A stretch of DNA of 32,000 nt from Phycisphaera mikurensis NBRC 102666 (GTDB lineage: Bacteria > Planctomycetota > Phycisphaerae > Phycisphaerales > Phycisphaeraceae): NCBI RefSeq assembly GCF_000284115.1, contig NC_017080.1, forward strand, positions 3,330,001-3,362,000, in the 5' to 3' direction. Below are positions 9,617 through 17,652 of the stretch, in pieces. The notes under the pieces are model-generated. The model was not told where the DNA came from. It searched no databases and worked only from the letters and a program-made list of their open reading frames with translations. The stretch's first letter is position 1; each line of letters begins with the position of its first letter. Made by a program: the position numbers and the translations under genes.

Positions 9617-10561
9617 TCAAGCACCGGCGGGCCGGTCGTCGTCGGCGAGCCAGCGGAGGCTGCCGGGCAGGACCTCGGCGGCGACCGGATCGAGCACGCG
9701 GCGGAGCGAGACCGAGTCGACCTGCAGCCCCGCGGTGCCGTCACGCGTCTCCACGAAGAAGTAGCGGGAGCCGAGGGGCGGCAGCGGCGGGAGCGTGAGG
9801 TCGTCGACGATCGTCACGAACGCTCCCGCGACCGGCCCGACGACCGCCTGCTGGACCACCAGATGGAGGGCGCGGGCCTCGAGACCGACGCGGAGGTGAT
9901 CCCCACCGGAGGTCACGCGCGCCGTGGCGGCCAGCCGGAAGGTGGCATCGGTGAGCAGATCCGCGGGCATCGGCACCTCGAGGCCGTCGCTGGGCTCGTC
10001 GCGGTCGTCGAGCTCGGCGACCCGGCGGCCCCCCAGGCGGACGCGACGCAGCTCGGCGTCCTCGTCGCCGCGGCCCAAGGTGGGCGCCACGCCGTGCTCG
10101 AAGGACGGATTCGGCAGGAGCTCGGGCCCGAGCCGGGGCGGCTCGCGGAGCGTCGCGGCGAGGACGCGCACCGAGTCACCGACTTGCGCCCGAACCCGCA
10201 CGCGGTGCACGCCGGGGGAGCCGGGTTCCGGCTCGACCTTCGTGTGCAGCGAGCCCTCGCCAAGCGGCTCGGGACCCGCCCAGCCCGCGGGCGGTGCCGC
10301 CGCGAAGGCGGCGTCGCGGCCGAGACGGTTCGCCGCCGCCGCGACGCCGGCGACCGCGAGCGACTCCGCGACGGCGGCATCGGTGCCCAGGGCCGCGGTG
10401 GCGCGGACCAGCCGCGCCGCCAGCAGCCCGGAGATGCCCAGGATGGCGACCATCGCGGAGGTCCCGAGCACGAGCAGGTAGACCGAGCCGCCGCGGCGGG
10501 CGCGGCACGTGCGGCACGCGCGACGCCGCGGGGGAACGCTACGGGGCGGGCGGAGGCTCAA
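9617..10561 (-). CDS. GspK-like minor pseudopilin with C-terminal carbohydrate-binding-like beta-sandwich
   Basis: The proposed TTG start at 10561 overlaps the upstream stop (TTGA). The N-terminus ...RRGGSVYLLVLGTSAMVAILGISGLLAARL is a GspK-type hydrophobic segment lacking Glu+5. The C-terminal part LLPNPSFEHG...FRLAATARV...YFFVETRDGTAGLQVDSVSLRRV resembles CBM4/9-type jelly-roll modules. The ORF-track start at 11128 is a false extension. Confidence 0.6.
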   Translation of the reverse strand: MSLRPPRSVPPRRRACRTCRARRGGSVYLLVLGTSAMVAILGISGLLAARLVRATAALGTDAAVAESLAVAGVAAAANRLGRDAAFAAAPPAGWAGPEPLGEGSLHTKVEPEPGSPGVHRVRVRAQVGDSVRVLAATLREPPRLGPELLPNPSFEHGVAPTLGRGDEDAELRRVRLGGRRVAELDDRDEPSDGLEVPMPADLLTDATFRLAATARVTSGGDHLRVGLEARALHLVVQQAVVGPVAGAFVTIVDDLTLPPLPPLGSRYFFVETRDGTAGLQVDSVSLRRVLDPVAAEVLPGSLRWLADDDRPAGA

Positions 10562-11121
10562 CCCCCACCCCCCGCCGCGCGGCGGGTTGCCAGGCCCACG
10601 GCCTCGGCGAGCAGACGCTCGCCGCGGGTCACGCGCACGACCACCCGCTTGAGGCCCTCGTCGGCGCCGGCCTCCGTGCCCGGCGACGCCGCGGAGACGT
10701 GCCGCACCCAGGCCGCGCGGCGGAGGCCCGCGGTCCGCGGGATCTCGACGCCCTGGCGGTCGAGCAGCGGCGATCGGGACCAGCCGTCGACGTCGTCGAC
10801 GTCGTCGAAGCCGGTGCGGCCGGGCGCGGCCATCTCCTGCGCCGTCGGGCCCCACCCCGGCGCGAAGCCCGGGCGGTACGGCCCGTCCTCGGGGTCGTCG
10901 TACGCGAGCGCGAGCGCCTCGGCCACCAGGTCCTGCGCCAGCCGCGCCGCCAAGGCCCGCTCCGCCGAGCGGTGCCGCGTGCCCGCCGCCGCGGCCGAGG
11001 CGTGCAGGGCCGCCACCATGAGGCCCGCCACCAGCAGCATCGACAGCGTCGCCTCGACCAGCGAGACGCCGGCGCGGCCGCGGTCCGGCCGCGCCCGGAG
11101 GTTCGGCGGACCGGGGCTCAC
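10558..11121 (-). CDS. Minor pseudopilin (GspI/J-like), prepilin-type N-terminus
   Basis: The GTG start at 11121 overlaps the upstream stop (GTGA). The prepilin motif is RGRAG|VSLVEATLSMLLVAGLMVAAL, with Glu at +5. 187 aa. Confidence 0.7.
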   Translation of the reverse strand: MSPGPPNLRARPDRGRAGVSLVEATLSMLLVAGLMVAALHASAAAAGTRHRSAERALAARLAQDLVAEALALAYDDPEDGPYRPGFAPGWGPTAQEMAAPGRTGFDDVDDVDGWSRSPLLDRQGVEIPRTAGLRRAAWVRHVSAASPGTEAGADEGLKRVVVRVTRGERLLAEAVGLATRRAAGGGG

Positions 11122-12740
11122 GCGCCACCTCCGGCAGCGCCGCCGGTGGCGTCGAGCACGTCGAGCTCGACGCCCGTGGCGGAGGAAGCGAAGCGGAAAT
11201 CGTCGGCGTCGACGGCCGAACGCTCCACCGGGAGCGTCCCCACGGAAGCGCCGTTGACCGCCACGGACACCCGCTCGTGGTCGGGATCGAGCACCAGCGT
11301 CACGTCCGCCCAGCTCCCGCCGGGAAGGCCAACGCCGTGCCAGCCGCCGGCCGCGTCGCCGCTGCCGGGGCTGCTGAAGCGGATCCGCTGGCCCTCCGCG
11401 TCGCGGCGGACGTGGACCGCCACCCGGGCGGCTTCCGCACCGAGGCGGCCGAAGCGGACCTCCACGCCGCCGCCGCCGTCGCCGGCCGTGCGGTCGCGCA
11501 GACGCAGCCTCAGAAGGGTCGGGCCGGGCAGGCCGGCCGCCACGCCGCCGAGGCTGAAGCCCGCCCCGTCCCGCACGTCGAGCACCCCGCTGGCCACGGC
11601 GTTCGGCGGCAGGCCGCCGCCGAAGTCGGGCACGCCGTCGGCGTCGAGGTCCAGCAGGTGGGGCGCCGCGGCGAAGTCGGTGCGGCGTCGCCACCCGCTG
11701 GCGACGACACCGGGCGCCGGCGTCGCCACCGCGACCACATCCCGCGAGCCCGCGACGCCGAGCCGCAGCGTCGCCGGGCCCAGGAGAGAGCGATCGTGCG
11801 ACCAGGCCGGCCCGGGCGTCCAGGCACGGCCCCGCAGCTCGTGCCTGGCCCGCGCCGCCTGCACCCGCGTCCACGTGGAGCCGCCGTCGGTGGAGGTGAA
11901 GAGGCCGTCGGCGAAGTTCGCGTCGGCGTCGCCGGTCTCGAACACCGCGGCGTCCTCGGGCGAGACCTCCGCGGTCTGCAGCGTCGCGACCAGGCCCACG
12001 CCCGCCGGCACGCGCAGCGCCCCGCCGTCGGCGGCGAAGGCGAGCGTCTCCCACGTCATGTGGTGATCCATGTCGCTGCGCCCGAGCTGCACCCCGGCGA
12101 GCACGGGGCCCGCCGGCCGGTCCCCCGCCCAGCGGCGGATCCGCAGGTCGAGCACCCCGGTCGAGTGGATGTGCTCGAGGCGCAGCCTCAACGCGCACAG
12201 CTCCCACGCGACGGCGTCCGCGGGCAGCGTCGGGAGCAGCGGCACCGCGAAGCCCGCCACGGCCCGCACGGTCCGCTCGTCCTCTGTGTCCCCGAAGCCG
12301 CCCAGCGGCTCCTCCTCCCCCCGCTCGGGGACGCCCGGCTGCGGGAGGCTCAGCGTCCGGACGCTCGGGAGGAGCGTGAACGCGTCCAGCGGGCCGCTCG
12401 CCTCCTCGATCGGGCCGCCGTTCCAGCGGCGTTGCAGCGGCGCCCCCGGCTCATTCTCACGCCACCAGCGGACCGACTCCGGCAGACCGTCGCCGTCGCG
12501 ATCGGGCAGCGCCAGCGTGACGTCCGAGGCGCCCTGCGGGGTGACCACCAGCGCGACGGCGAGCTCGGAGGCGAGGCGGGCCGCCGCGTCGCCGGCCCGC
12601 CGCTCCGCCTCGGCGGGCCCGTCGGGCGCCGGCACGGTCCGCACCGCCACCAGCAAGGCCGAGCTCATCCCCAGGAGCAGCACCGAGCTGATGCCCAGCG
12701 CGAGCACCAGCTCCACGAGCGTCGCGCCGGCGCGCCTCAC
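11118..12740 (-). CDS. Giant (540 aa) minor pseudopilin with Asp-box, DxDxDG-like and LamG-like C-terminal segments
   Basis: The GTG start at 12740 overlaps the upstream stop (GTGA) and gives a 5-aa leader: VRRAG|ATLVELVLALGISSVLLLGM, with Glu+5. DRDGDG and DLDADGVPD are acidic Ca-binding-like motifs. STDGGSTW (nt 11871-11894) matches the BNR/Asp-box SxDxGxTW. The C-terminus WADVTLVLDPDHERVSVAVNGASVG is concanavalin/LamG-like. Confidence 0.7.
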   Translation of the reverse strand: MRRAGATLVELVLALGISSVLLLGMSSALLVAVRTVPAPDGPAEAERRAGDAAARLASELAVALVVTPQGASDVTLALPDRDGDGLPESVRWWRENEPGAPLQRRWNGGPIEEASGPLDAFTLLPSVRTLSLPQPGVPERGEEEPLGGFGDTEDERTVRAVAGFAVPLLPTLPADAVAWELCALRLRLEHIHSTGVLDLRIRRWAGDRPAGPVLAGVQLGRSDMDHHMTWETLAFAADGGALRVPAGVGLVATLQTAEVSPEDAAVFETGDADANFADGLFTSTDGGSTWTRVQAARARHELRGRAWTPGPAWSHDRSLLGPATLRLGVAGSRDVVAVATPAPGVVASGWRRRTDFAAAPHLLDLDADGVPDFGGGLPPNAVASGVLDVRDGAGFSLGGVAAGLPGPTLLRLRLRDRTAGDGGGGVEVRFGRLGAEAARVAVHVRRDAEGQRIRFSSPGSGDAAGGWHGVGLPGGSWADVTLVLDPDHERVSVAVNGASVGTLPVERSAVDADDFRFASSATGVELDVLDATGGAAGGGA

Positions 12741-13234
12741 CGCAGGATCTCCGTGGAGCCCGACCCCGCGTCGACGGTCACGCGGAGTTGCCGCGAACCG
12801 ACGCCCAGGGTGACCCAGCCGCCGCCGTCGGGCGTGCCCCACGCGTCGAAGGTCGGGCCGGGGCGGTTCCCGAACGCGACGGCGTCGATCTTCACGGCCA
12901 GCGGGTCGTCGTGGAGGCGGAGCGGGGCCGCCGGCGACCCGTTCTGCGGGTTCGCCCCGGCCGGCAGCCCGCTGGGGGTGGCCGTGCCCGCCGCCGCGTC
13001 GAAGGCGACGGTCACGGGCGAGCGGGTGGCGGCGGCCGCCGCCCGGGCGTGGTCCAGCCGGGCCGCCACCTGCCCGGCCGCCGCCCGGAGGCGTGCGTCG
13101 GCCAGCGACCGGCTGTACCGCGGGGCGGCGATCATCGCCCCCGCCCCGACCAGCGTCAGCACCAGCACCAGCTCCACCAGCGTGAAGGCGCGGACGGATC
13201 GGGCGGGGCTCGGCGTGGACGCGGCGGTCATCAC
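12737..13234 (-). CDS. GspH/FimT-like minor pseudopilin
   Basis: N-terminus is MMTAASTPSPARSVRA|FTLVELVLVLTLVGAGAMIAAP (prepilin N-methylation motif, Glu+5, Ala at -1). Start is GTG 13234 or ATG 13231. 165 aa. Confidence 0.75.
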   Translation of the reverse strand: MMTAASTPSPARSVRAFTLVELVLVLTLVGAGAMIAAPRYSRSLADARLRAAAGQVAARLDHARAAAAATRSPVTVAFDAAAGTATPSGLPAGANPQNGSPAAPLRLHDDPLAVKIDAVAFGNRPGPTFDAWGTPDGGGWVTLGVGSRQLRVTVDAGSGSTEILR

Positions 13235-13253
13235 AGCGGCGGCGTCCGCGTGC

Positions 13254-13718
13254 TCAGAAGCGGCCGGCGGCGTTGCCCCAGATGCGGCCGGACGCCTCGT
13301 GGTAGAGCCAGCCGACGCCCGCGGTGCTCGAGACCGTCGTCGGCTTGGCGGCCACGCCTTCGACGCCCGCGTTGCCCTTCGCGTCGCCCACCTTCAACTC
13401 GGGCACCGCGACCAGGTACGGCCCGTAGTCGTAGCCCGGGGCCGGCTCGGCGACGGCGCCGCCGGCCTCGTTGGTGAAGGTGGTCAGCTGATCGGTGAAG
13501 CTCGTCGCGCTGGGGAACGCTCCGTGCTCGGCGGCGTAGAGCTCGATGGCGTTGCGGAGCACGGCGAGATCGGCCACGTAGGCGTTCTCGCTGGCGTTGG
13601 CGGCGCCCTGGCTGAAGCGGGGGATGGCGATCGCCGCGAGCAGGCCGATGATCACGACCACGATGATGAGCTCCACCAGGCTGAAGGCGGCGGAGCGGCG
13701 GGGTTGACGTGTGGGCAT
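13254..13718 (-). CDS. gspG: Major pseudopilin / type IV pilin-like protein (GspG-like)
   Basis: The ATG at 13718 is preceded by AAAGAGGA (Shine-Dalgarno-like) 7 nt upstream. N-terminus is MPTRQPRRSAA|FSLVELIIVVVIIGLLAAIAIPRF (Glu+5). 154 aa. The ORF-track start at 13979 is a false extension. Confidence 0.85.
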   Translation of the reverse strand: MPTRQPRRSAAFSLVELIIVVVIIGLLAAIAIPRFSQGAANASENAYVADLAVLRNAIELYAAEHGAFPSATSFTDQLTTFTNEAGGAVAEPAPGYDYGPYLVAVPELKVGDAKGNAGVEGVAAKPTTVSSTAGVGWLYHEASGRIWGNAAGRF

Positions 13719-13802
13719 GGCGATTCCTCTTTCGTGCGGATGGGGTGGCCTCGGAAGCGTTCCGAGCCGGTTCTTCGCGATCATCGGCACGACGCGGCCC
13801 GG

Positions 13803-13832
13803 AGTGAAGAAACGTACGGGATTTCCTGTAAA
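13803..13832 (-). promoter_or_regulatory. Candidate internal promoter for the pseudopilin sub-operon (AT-richer island in the 154-bp gap)
   Basis: The minus strand reads TTTACA (13832-13827), then 18 nt, then TTCACT (13808-13803). This is the lowest-GC patch inside the locus, about 85 nt upstream of the gspG-like ATG. The match to a sigma70 -10 is weak. Confidence 0.2.
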
Positions 13833-13872
13833 TTCAGGCGGCAGCGGGTCGGGGCGGACACGCCCGGAGGCG

Positions 13873-14448
13873 TCAGGGCAGGAACAGCGGGTCCGCGCCC
13901 GCGAGCGGCGTCGCCCGCGGCGGGTCGGCGGCGCGCAGCCCGGCGCGGAAGCGGAGGCCGCGGCCCGCCCACACCGCATACCGCCCGCGGATCGACTCGA
14001 GCTTCATCCCGTCGACCGTCGCCCCCACCTGCACCACCCGGCCGGCGACCACCGCCCGCGCTTCGGGCCCCTCGCCGAGGACGGCTTCGAGCGGGTGGCG
14101 CCGCAGGAACGAGCGGACGTCGAAGGGGTCGATGGCCGCCCAACGCGCCTCGACGTCCGGCGCCGCGGCGGCGGGCGCCACGCGGAAGGGGTCCGCGGCG
14201 GGTGCGGCGCCGGCGGCCGCCGGATCGGCGCCCCCGTCGCGCCGCAGGCGCCGGTCGATGCGTCCCGCCGGCCCCGGCGGAAACGCCGCGTCGGGCGTCG
14301 CCCCCGGAGCCGCGGCGGGCGCGGCGGCCGGCGCCGCGGCGGGCGGCGACGCGGTGGCGGTGGCGGGGCTGCCCCCGATGCGATCGAGGGCGACCACGCC
14401 CGCGGCGAGGGCGGCGGCGACGGCGAGGTTCCGGGTCCGCTTGTTCAA
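13873..14448 (-). CDS. PilP/GspC-like inner-membrane-anchored protein
   Basis: The proposed TTG start at 14448 overlaps the upstream stop (TTGA). It has an N-terminal anchor LNKRTRNLAVAAALAAGVVAL, an Ala/Pro-rich linker, and a C-terminal beta domain DPFDVRSFL...AVVAGRVVQVGATVDGMKLESIRGRYAVW. An alternative GTG start lies at 14484/14487. Confidence 0.5.
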   Translation of the reverse strand: MNKRTRNLAVAAALAAGVVALDRIGGSPATATASPPAAAPAAAPAAAPGATPDAAFPPGPAGRIDRRLRRDGGADPAAAGAAPAADPFRVAPAAAAPDVEARWAAIDPFDVRSFLRRHPLEAVLGEGPEARAVVAGRVVQVGATVDGMKLESIRGRYAVWAGRGLRFRAGLRAADPPRATPLAGADPLFLP

Positions 14449-15002
14449 GGCACGCCTCCGGGTGCCTCGGGCGGGACGATCGACCACGTCAGCAGGTGGC
14501 GGCCGAGCAGCCCGCCGCCCTCGGGCCGCAGGGAAAGCGACGTCGAGCGGAGGTCGCGCGGGCCGCTCTGGATGCGGCCCAGGAAGGCCCGGTGCGCCGC
14601 GTACGAGCCGCGGGCCTCCAGCTCGATCGCCACCTCCGCCCACCCGCCCGCGCGGACCGGCTCGCCGGGATCGAGGCGGAGCACCTCCAGCCCCCCGGAG
14701 GCCGCGAGGTCGAGGAGGCCGGCCAGGCGCGCGTTGCGTTCCTCGGAGCGGCCGGCGACCACGCCGGCCGCCGCCCGCTCGGCGAGGCGGGCCTCCTCCG
14801 CGCGGGCGGCGGCCAGCTCGACCGCCACTTCGTGACGCTCCGCCTTCGCGGCGGCCAGGCGTGACGCGGCGGCCTGCGTGGAAGCCGCGGCGGCGCGGGC
14901 GGGCGCGACCAGGCCCAGCCAGGCGGCCCCGGTCGAGCCCGCCACGATGGCTCCCGCGGCGGCGGCGGTGAGCAGCAGGCTCGGCGTGGGGCGGGGCTTC
15001 AT
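14445..15002 (-). CDS. PilO/GspM-like bitopic membrane protein
   Basis: The ATG at 15002 overlaps the upstream stop (ATGA). It has a TM segment (MKPRPTPSLLLTAAAAGAIVAGSTGAAWLGLV), an Ala/Glu/Arg coiled coil, and a C-terminal domain WAEVAIELEARGSYAAHRAFLGRI. Confidence 0.6.
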   Translation of the reverse strand: MKPRPTPSLLLTAAAAGAIVAGSTGAAWLGLVAPARAAAASTQAAASRLAAAKAERHEVAVELAAARAEEARLAERAAAGVVAGRSEERNARLAGLLDLAASGGLEVLRLDPGEPVRAGGWAEVAIELEARGSYAAHRAFLGRIQSGPRDLRSTSLSLRPEGGGLLGRHLLTWSIVPPEAPGGVP

Positions 15003-16516
15003 CCGGCGGGATCCCCATCGGGCCCGGCGGGCAGCGGCATGAGCTCCAGCAGGACCTCGAAGCGGACGCCTGGGGTCTCCGCGCCCACCCGGCGGGCGCG
15101 GGCCAGCTCCACCCGCTCGAAGAGCTCGCCGGCTTCCAGCGCCAGCGCGAAGGCCCAGGCGGCGGCCGGGTCGTCGGCCTCGCCGGCCACCCGGATCCGG
15201 GCTGCCCCGCCCGCGGCAGCCGGCGCGATCGAGAGCTCGGTGAAACGCACGCGGCCGCGGGCGTCGGCCGCGAGACGGTCGAGCAGCAGCCGCCAGTCGG
15301 GCCGGTCCGCCGCTCGCTCCGAAGCGACCGCCTCCGCGGCGAGGGCTTCCAGCCGGCCGCGGACGGCCTCGAGCTCGAGCCCCGCGGCGTGGGCCGCCAC
15401 CGCCTCCGCATCCGCCTCGGCCGCCAGCGTCGAGGCGTCCACGCGGGCACCGTCCGCCTCGTCGGGCCCCGACGAGGCGAGCAGCGCGGCAATCACCGCG
15501 ACCGCGGCGGCGTAACCCGCGGCGCTGCCGAGGAGCCCGCCGCGCGCCCGAGCCTCCCGGCGGCGACGGCGGATCGCCGGGGGGAGCAGGTCCACCGCGT
15601 CGTCCGCACCCCCGCCGAGCCCCGCGGCCACCGCCGAGACGCCGGCCGCGCCGCCAATCGCGAGAAGCCGCAGGCCGAGGCGGTCCGCGAGGGCGGAGGC
15701 CCAGCGTCCGCCCGCGTCGCGGGTGCACAGCGCCGGATCCGACTCCGCCCCCAGCAGGCGCTGGGCGTGCCGCAGCCCCGGCGACAGCTCCGCCGCGAGC
15801 GCCTCGCACTCGGCCGGCGAGGCCTCCCGGCCCTCCGCAGGCGGGATGGCGTGCAGGCCCCGCAGGTAGACGCACCGGCCGCCGCACGCCACCACCAGCT
15901 GGCCGCCGAAGCCGGCCTCGCCGGGCGATTCCCACCGGTCCAGCAGCACGAGCACCTCCCCGCCGCCGGCGGCCGATCCGAGGGCCGCGGCCCGGGCCAG
16001 GGCATCGGCACGGCTCCGCACGCCGACCACGCGCAGCCCGGCCCCGGCGAGGGCGGCGCAGCCGAGCTCCAGCGGCGTGCGGCGGCAGCCGCGAACCAGG
16101 AAGCCCCGGCCGTTGCCCATCGCGGTGGCGACGCCGAGGAAGTCGTCCTCCGCCGCGCCGACGGCGGCGGCGCCGCGGCGGACCGCTTCGGCGGCGGCGG
16201 CCGCTTCGGAAGCACCCGCCGCCCGCGTGCCGCCCTCGATGCACGTCGAGAAGCAGGCTTCCTGAGGGACCGAGAGCACGACCCGGCGGCCGCGGAAGCG
16301 GCGGCGGGCGAGCACGCGGGCGAGCGCCTCGGACTCCGCCGGACCGGGCCAAGCCGCGTCCGCGGCGTCCGGCGGTCGCTCGGGGCGGGGCACCTCCACG
16401 GCATCGATCGGCGTGCCGTCGGCGGCCTGCTGCGCCGCCCGGATCGTGCGGCCGTCCACCTCGAGGCGGATCGGGCCGCAGCGCCCGGGGAGCCCTCGGA
16501 GCAGCGGCACGCTCAC
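14999..16516 (-). CDS. PilM-PilN fusion protein (GspL-like assembly platform component)
   Basis: The GTG at 16516 overlaps the gspF stop (GTGA). The N-terminal ~330 aa are actin-like PilM-type (IRLEVDGRTIRAAQ..., VVLSVPQEACFSTCIE). A PilN-type segment follows (DLLPPAIRRRRREARARGGLLGSAAGYAAAVAVIAALLA, basic stretch plus TM), then a periplasmic domain. 505 aa. Confidence 0.6.
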   Translation of the reverse strand: MSVPLLRGLPGRCGPIRLEVDGRTIRAAQQAADGTPIDAVEVPRPERPPDAADAAWPGPAESEALARVLARRRFRGRRVVLSVPQEACFSTCIEGGTRAAGASEAAAAAEAVRRGAAAVGAAEDDFLGVATAMGNGRGFLVRGCRRTPLELGCAALAGAGLRVVGVRSRADALARAAALGSAAGGGEVLVLLDRWESPGEAGFGGQLVVACGGRCVYLRGLHAIPPAEGREASPAECEALAAELSPGLRHAQRLLGAESDPALCTRDAGGRWASALADRLGLRLLAIGGAAGVSAVAAGLGGGADDAVDLLPPAIRRRRREARARGGLLGSAAGYAAAVAVIAALLASSGPDEADGARVDASTLAAEADAEAVAAHAAGLELEAVRGRLEALAAEAVASERAADRPDWRLLLDRLAADARGRVRFTELSIAPAAAGGAARIRVAGEADDPAAAWAFALALEAGELFERVELARARRVGAETPGVRFEVLLELMPLPAGPDGDPAG

Positions 16517-17652
16517 GAGCCGCCCCCGCCCGCCATCGCCGTGAGGTCGAACAGCGGCAGGAACATGCTCATCGCCAGCGCCCCCACCACGAGGCCGAGC
16601 AGCAGGAGGATCACCGGTTCGAGGGTCTTGGTCAGCAGCCGCACCAACGCGTCGTTCTCCTGCTCGAGGAACTCCGCCACCGCCACCATCGCCGGTCCGA
16701 GGCGGCCGCTGGACTCGGCGCTGCGGAAGGCCTCGTACACCGAAGGCGCAATCAGGTCCGGGTCGTCGAAGGCGGCGGAGACGCCCTCGCCGCGGTCCAC
16801 GGACGTCTCCGCCGCGTCGAGCAAAGCGCGGTAGCGGGCGTTGCCGCAGGATCCACGGACCAGCGCCAGCACCTCCATCAGCGGGAGGTGGCAGTCGGTC
16901 AGCACGCCGAAGAGCCGGACGATCTGCGCCGTGGCCAAGCCTTTGATCACCGGCCCCAAGCCCGGCACGCGGAGCAGGGTGGCGTCGAGCGCGAGCCGGC
17001 CGGCGGGGCTGCGGACCAGCAAGAAGCCGGCGGTCGCCGCGGCGGCCAGGCCGCCGCCGATCCACAAGCCCTGGTCGCGGAGGGTCTGGCTGGTCCACAC
17101 CGTGATCTGCGTGGTCGGCGGCATCGGCACGTTGAGCGTCTCGAAGAGCCCCGCGAAACGCGGCACGACGAACAGCAGCATCGAGACGCCCACCGCCGTC
17201 ACCACCGCCAAGAGCGCGAGCGGGTAGGCCAGCGCGGCGATGACCGCCGAGCGCACCTGCAGGTCCTTCTGGATCAGCCCCGCGACGCGCTCGAGCATGT
17301 CGCCCAGCCGCCCCGTCGACTCGCCCGCGGCGACCAGCCCGCGCGACACCGCCGGGAACAGCTCCGGCCGCCTGCCCATCGCCCCCGACAGCGAGCTGCC
17401 GCCCTCGATCGATTCCGCGAGCTCGGCGACGGTCCGCTCCCACAGCGGGTCGGCGGTCTGGCGGCGGAGCGCGTCGAGCGACTGCAGCAGCGGCGTGCCC
17501 GCCGAGAGCAGCAGCTGCAGCTGCCGGACGAAGAGCAGCAGCTGCCGCCGGCGGCCGAAGCGCTGCGCGGGCGTGAGGCGCCCGGCGGCGCGGGGCGGGG
17601 CGCCGGCCGGAGCGACCGGCGGCTCGAGGACGATGCCGGGGACGCCGCTCAC
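16513..17652 (-). CDS. gspF: Type II secretion / type IV pilus platform protein GspF/PilC
   Basis: The GTG at 17652 overlaps the gspE stop (GTGA). Two T2SSF repeats are present (LLFVRQLQLLLSAGTPLLQSLDAL...GESTGRLGDMLERVA and ...AESSGRLGPAMVAVAEFLE). Three TM helices. 379 aa. Confidence 0.9.
   Translation of the reverse strand: MSGVPGIVLEPPVAPAGAPPRAAGRLTPAQRFGRRRQLLLFVRQLQLLLSAGTPLLQSLDALRRQTADPLWERTVAELAESIEGGSSLSGAMGRRPELFPAVSRGLVAAGESTGRLGDMLERVAGLIQKDLQVRSAVIAALAYPLALLAVVTAVGVSMLLFVVPRFAGLFETLNVPMPPTTQITVWTSQTLRDQGLWIGGGLAAAATAGFLLVRSPAGRLALDATLLRVPGLGPVIKGLATAQIVRLFGVLTDCHLPLMEVLALVRGSCGNARYRALLDAAETSVDRGEGVSAAFDDPDLIAPSVYEAFRSAESSGRLGPAMVAVAEFLEQENDALVRLLTKTLEPVILLLLGLVVGALAMSMFLPLFDLTAMAGGGGS

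Noticed and set aside
9507-9620. TTGA-coupled TTG start (9620) for the response regulator, which would extend the overlap chain to a ninth junction
   Set aside because: The 38 extra codons include CTA, TTA and CCA. They have clearly lower third-position GC than the receiver domain, and the segment is AT-richer. ATG 9506 directly precedes the receiver fold.
14180-14202. Small hairpins built on CCGCGG-type sequences inside coding regions (for example cgcgga-agggg-tccgcg near 14185, and cccgcggtccgcggg at about 10728-10742)
   Set aside because: These are short (6-7 bp) or have no loop. They are expected from GC-rich Ala/Arg/Gly codons, and they lack the paired-arm-plus-fixed-spacer geometry of the REP-like family.
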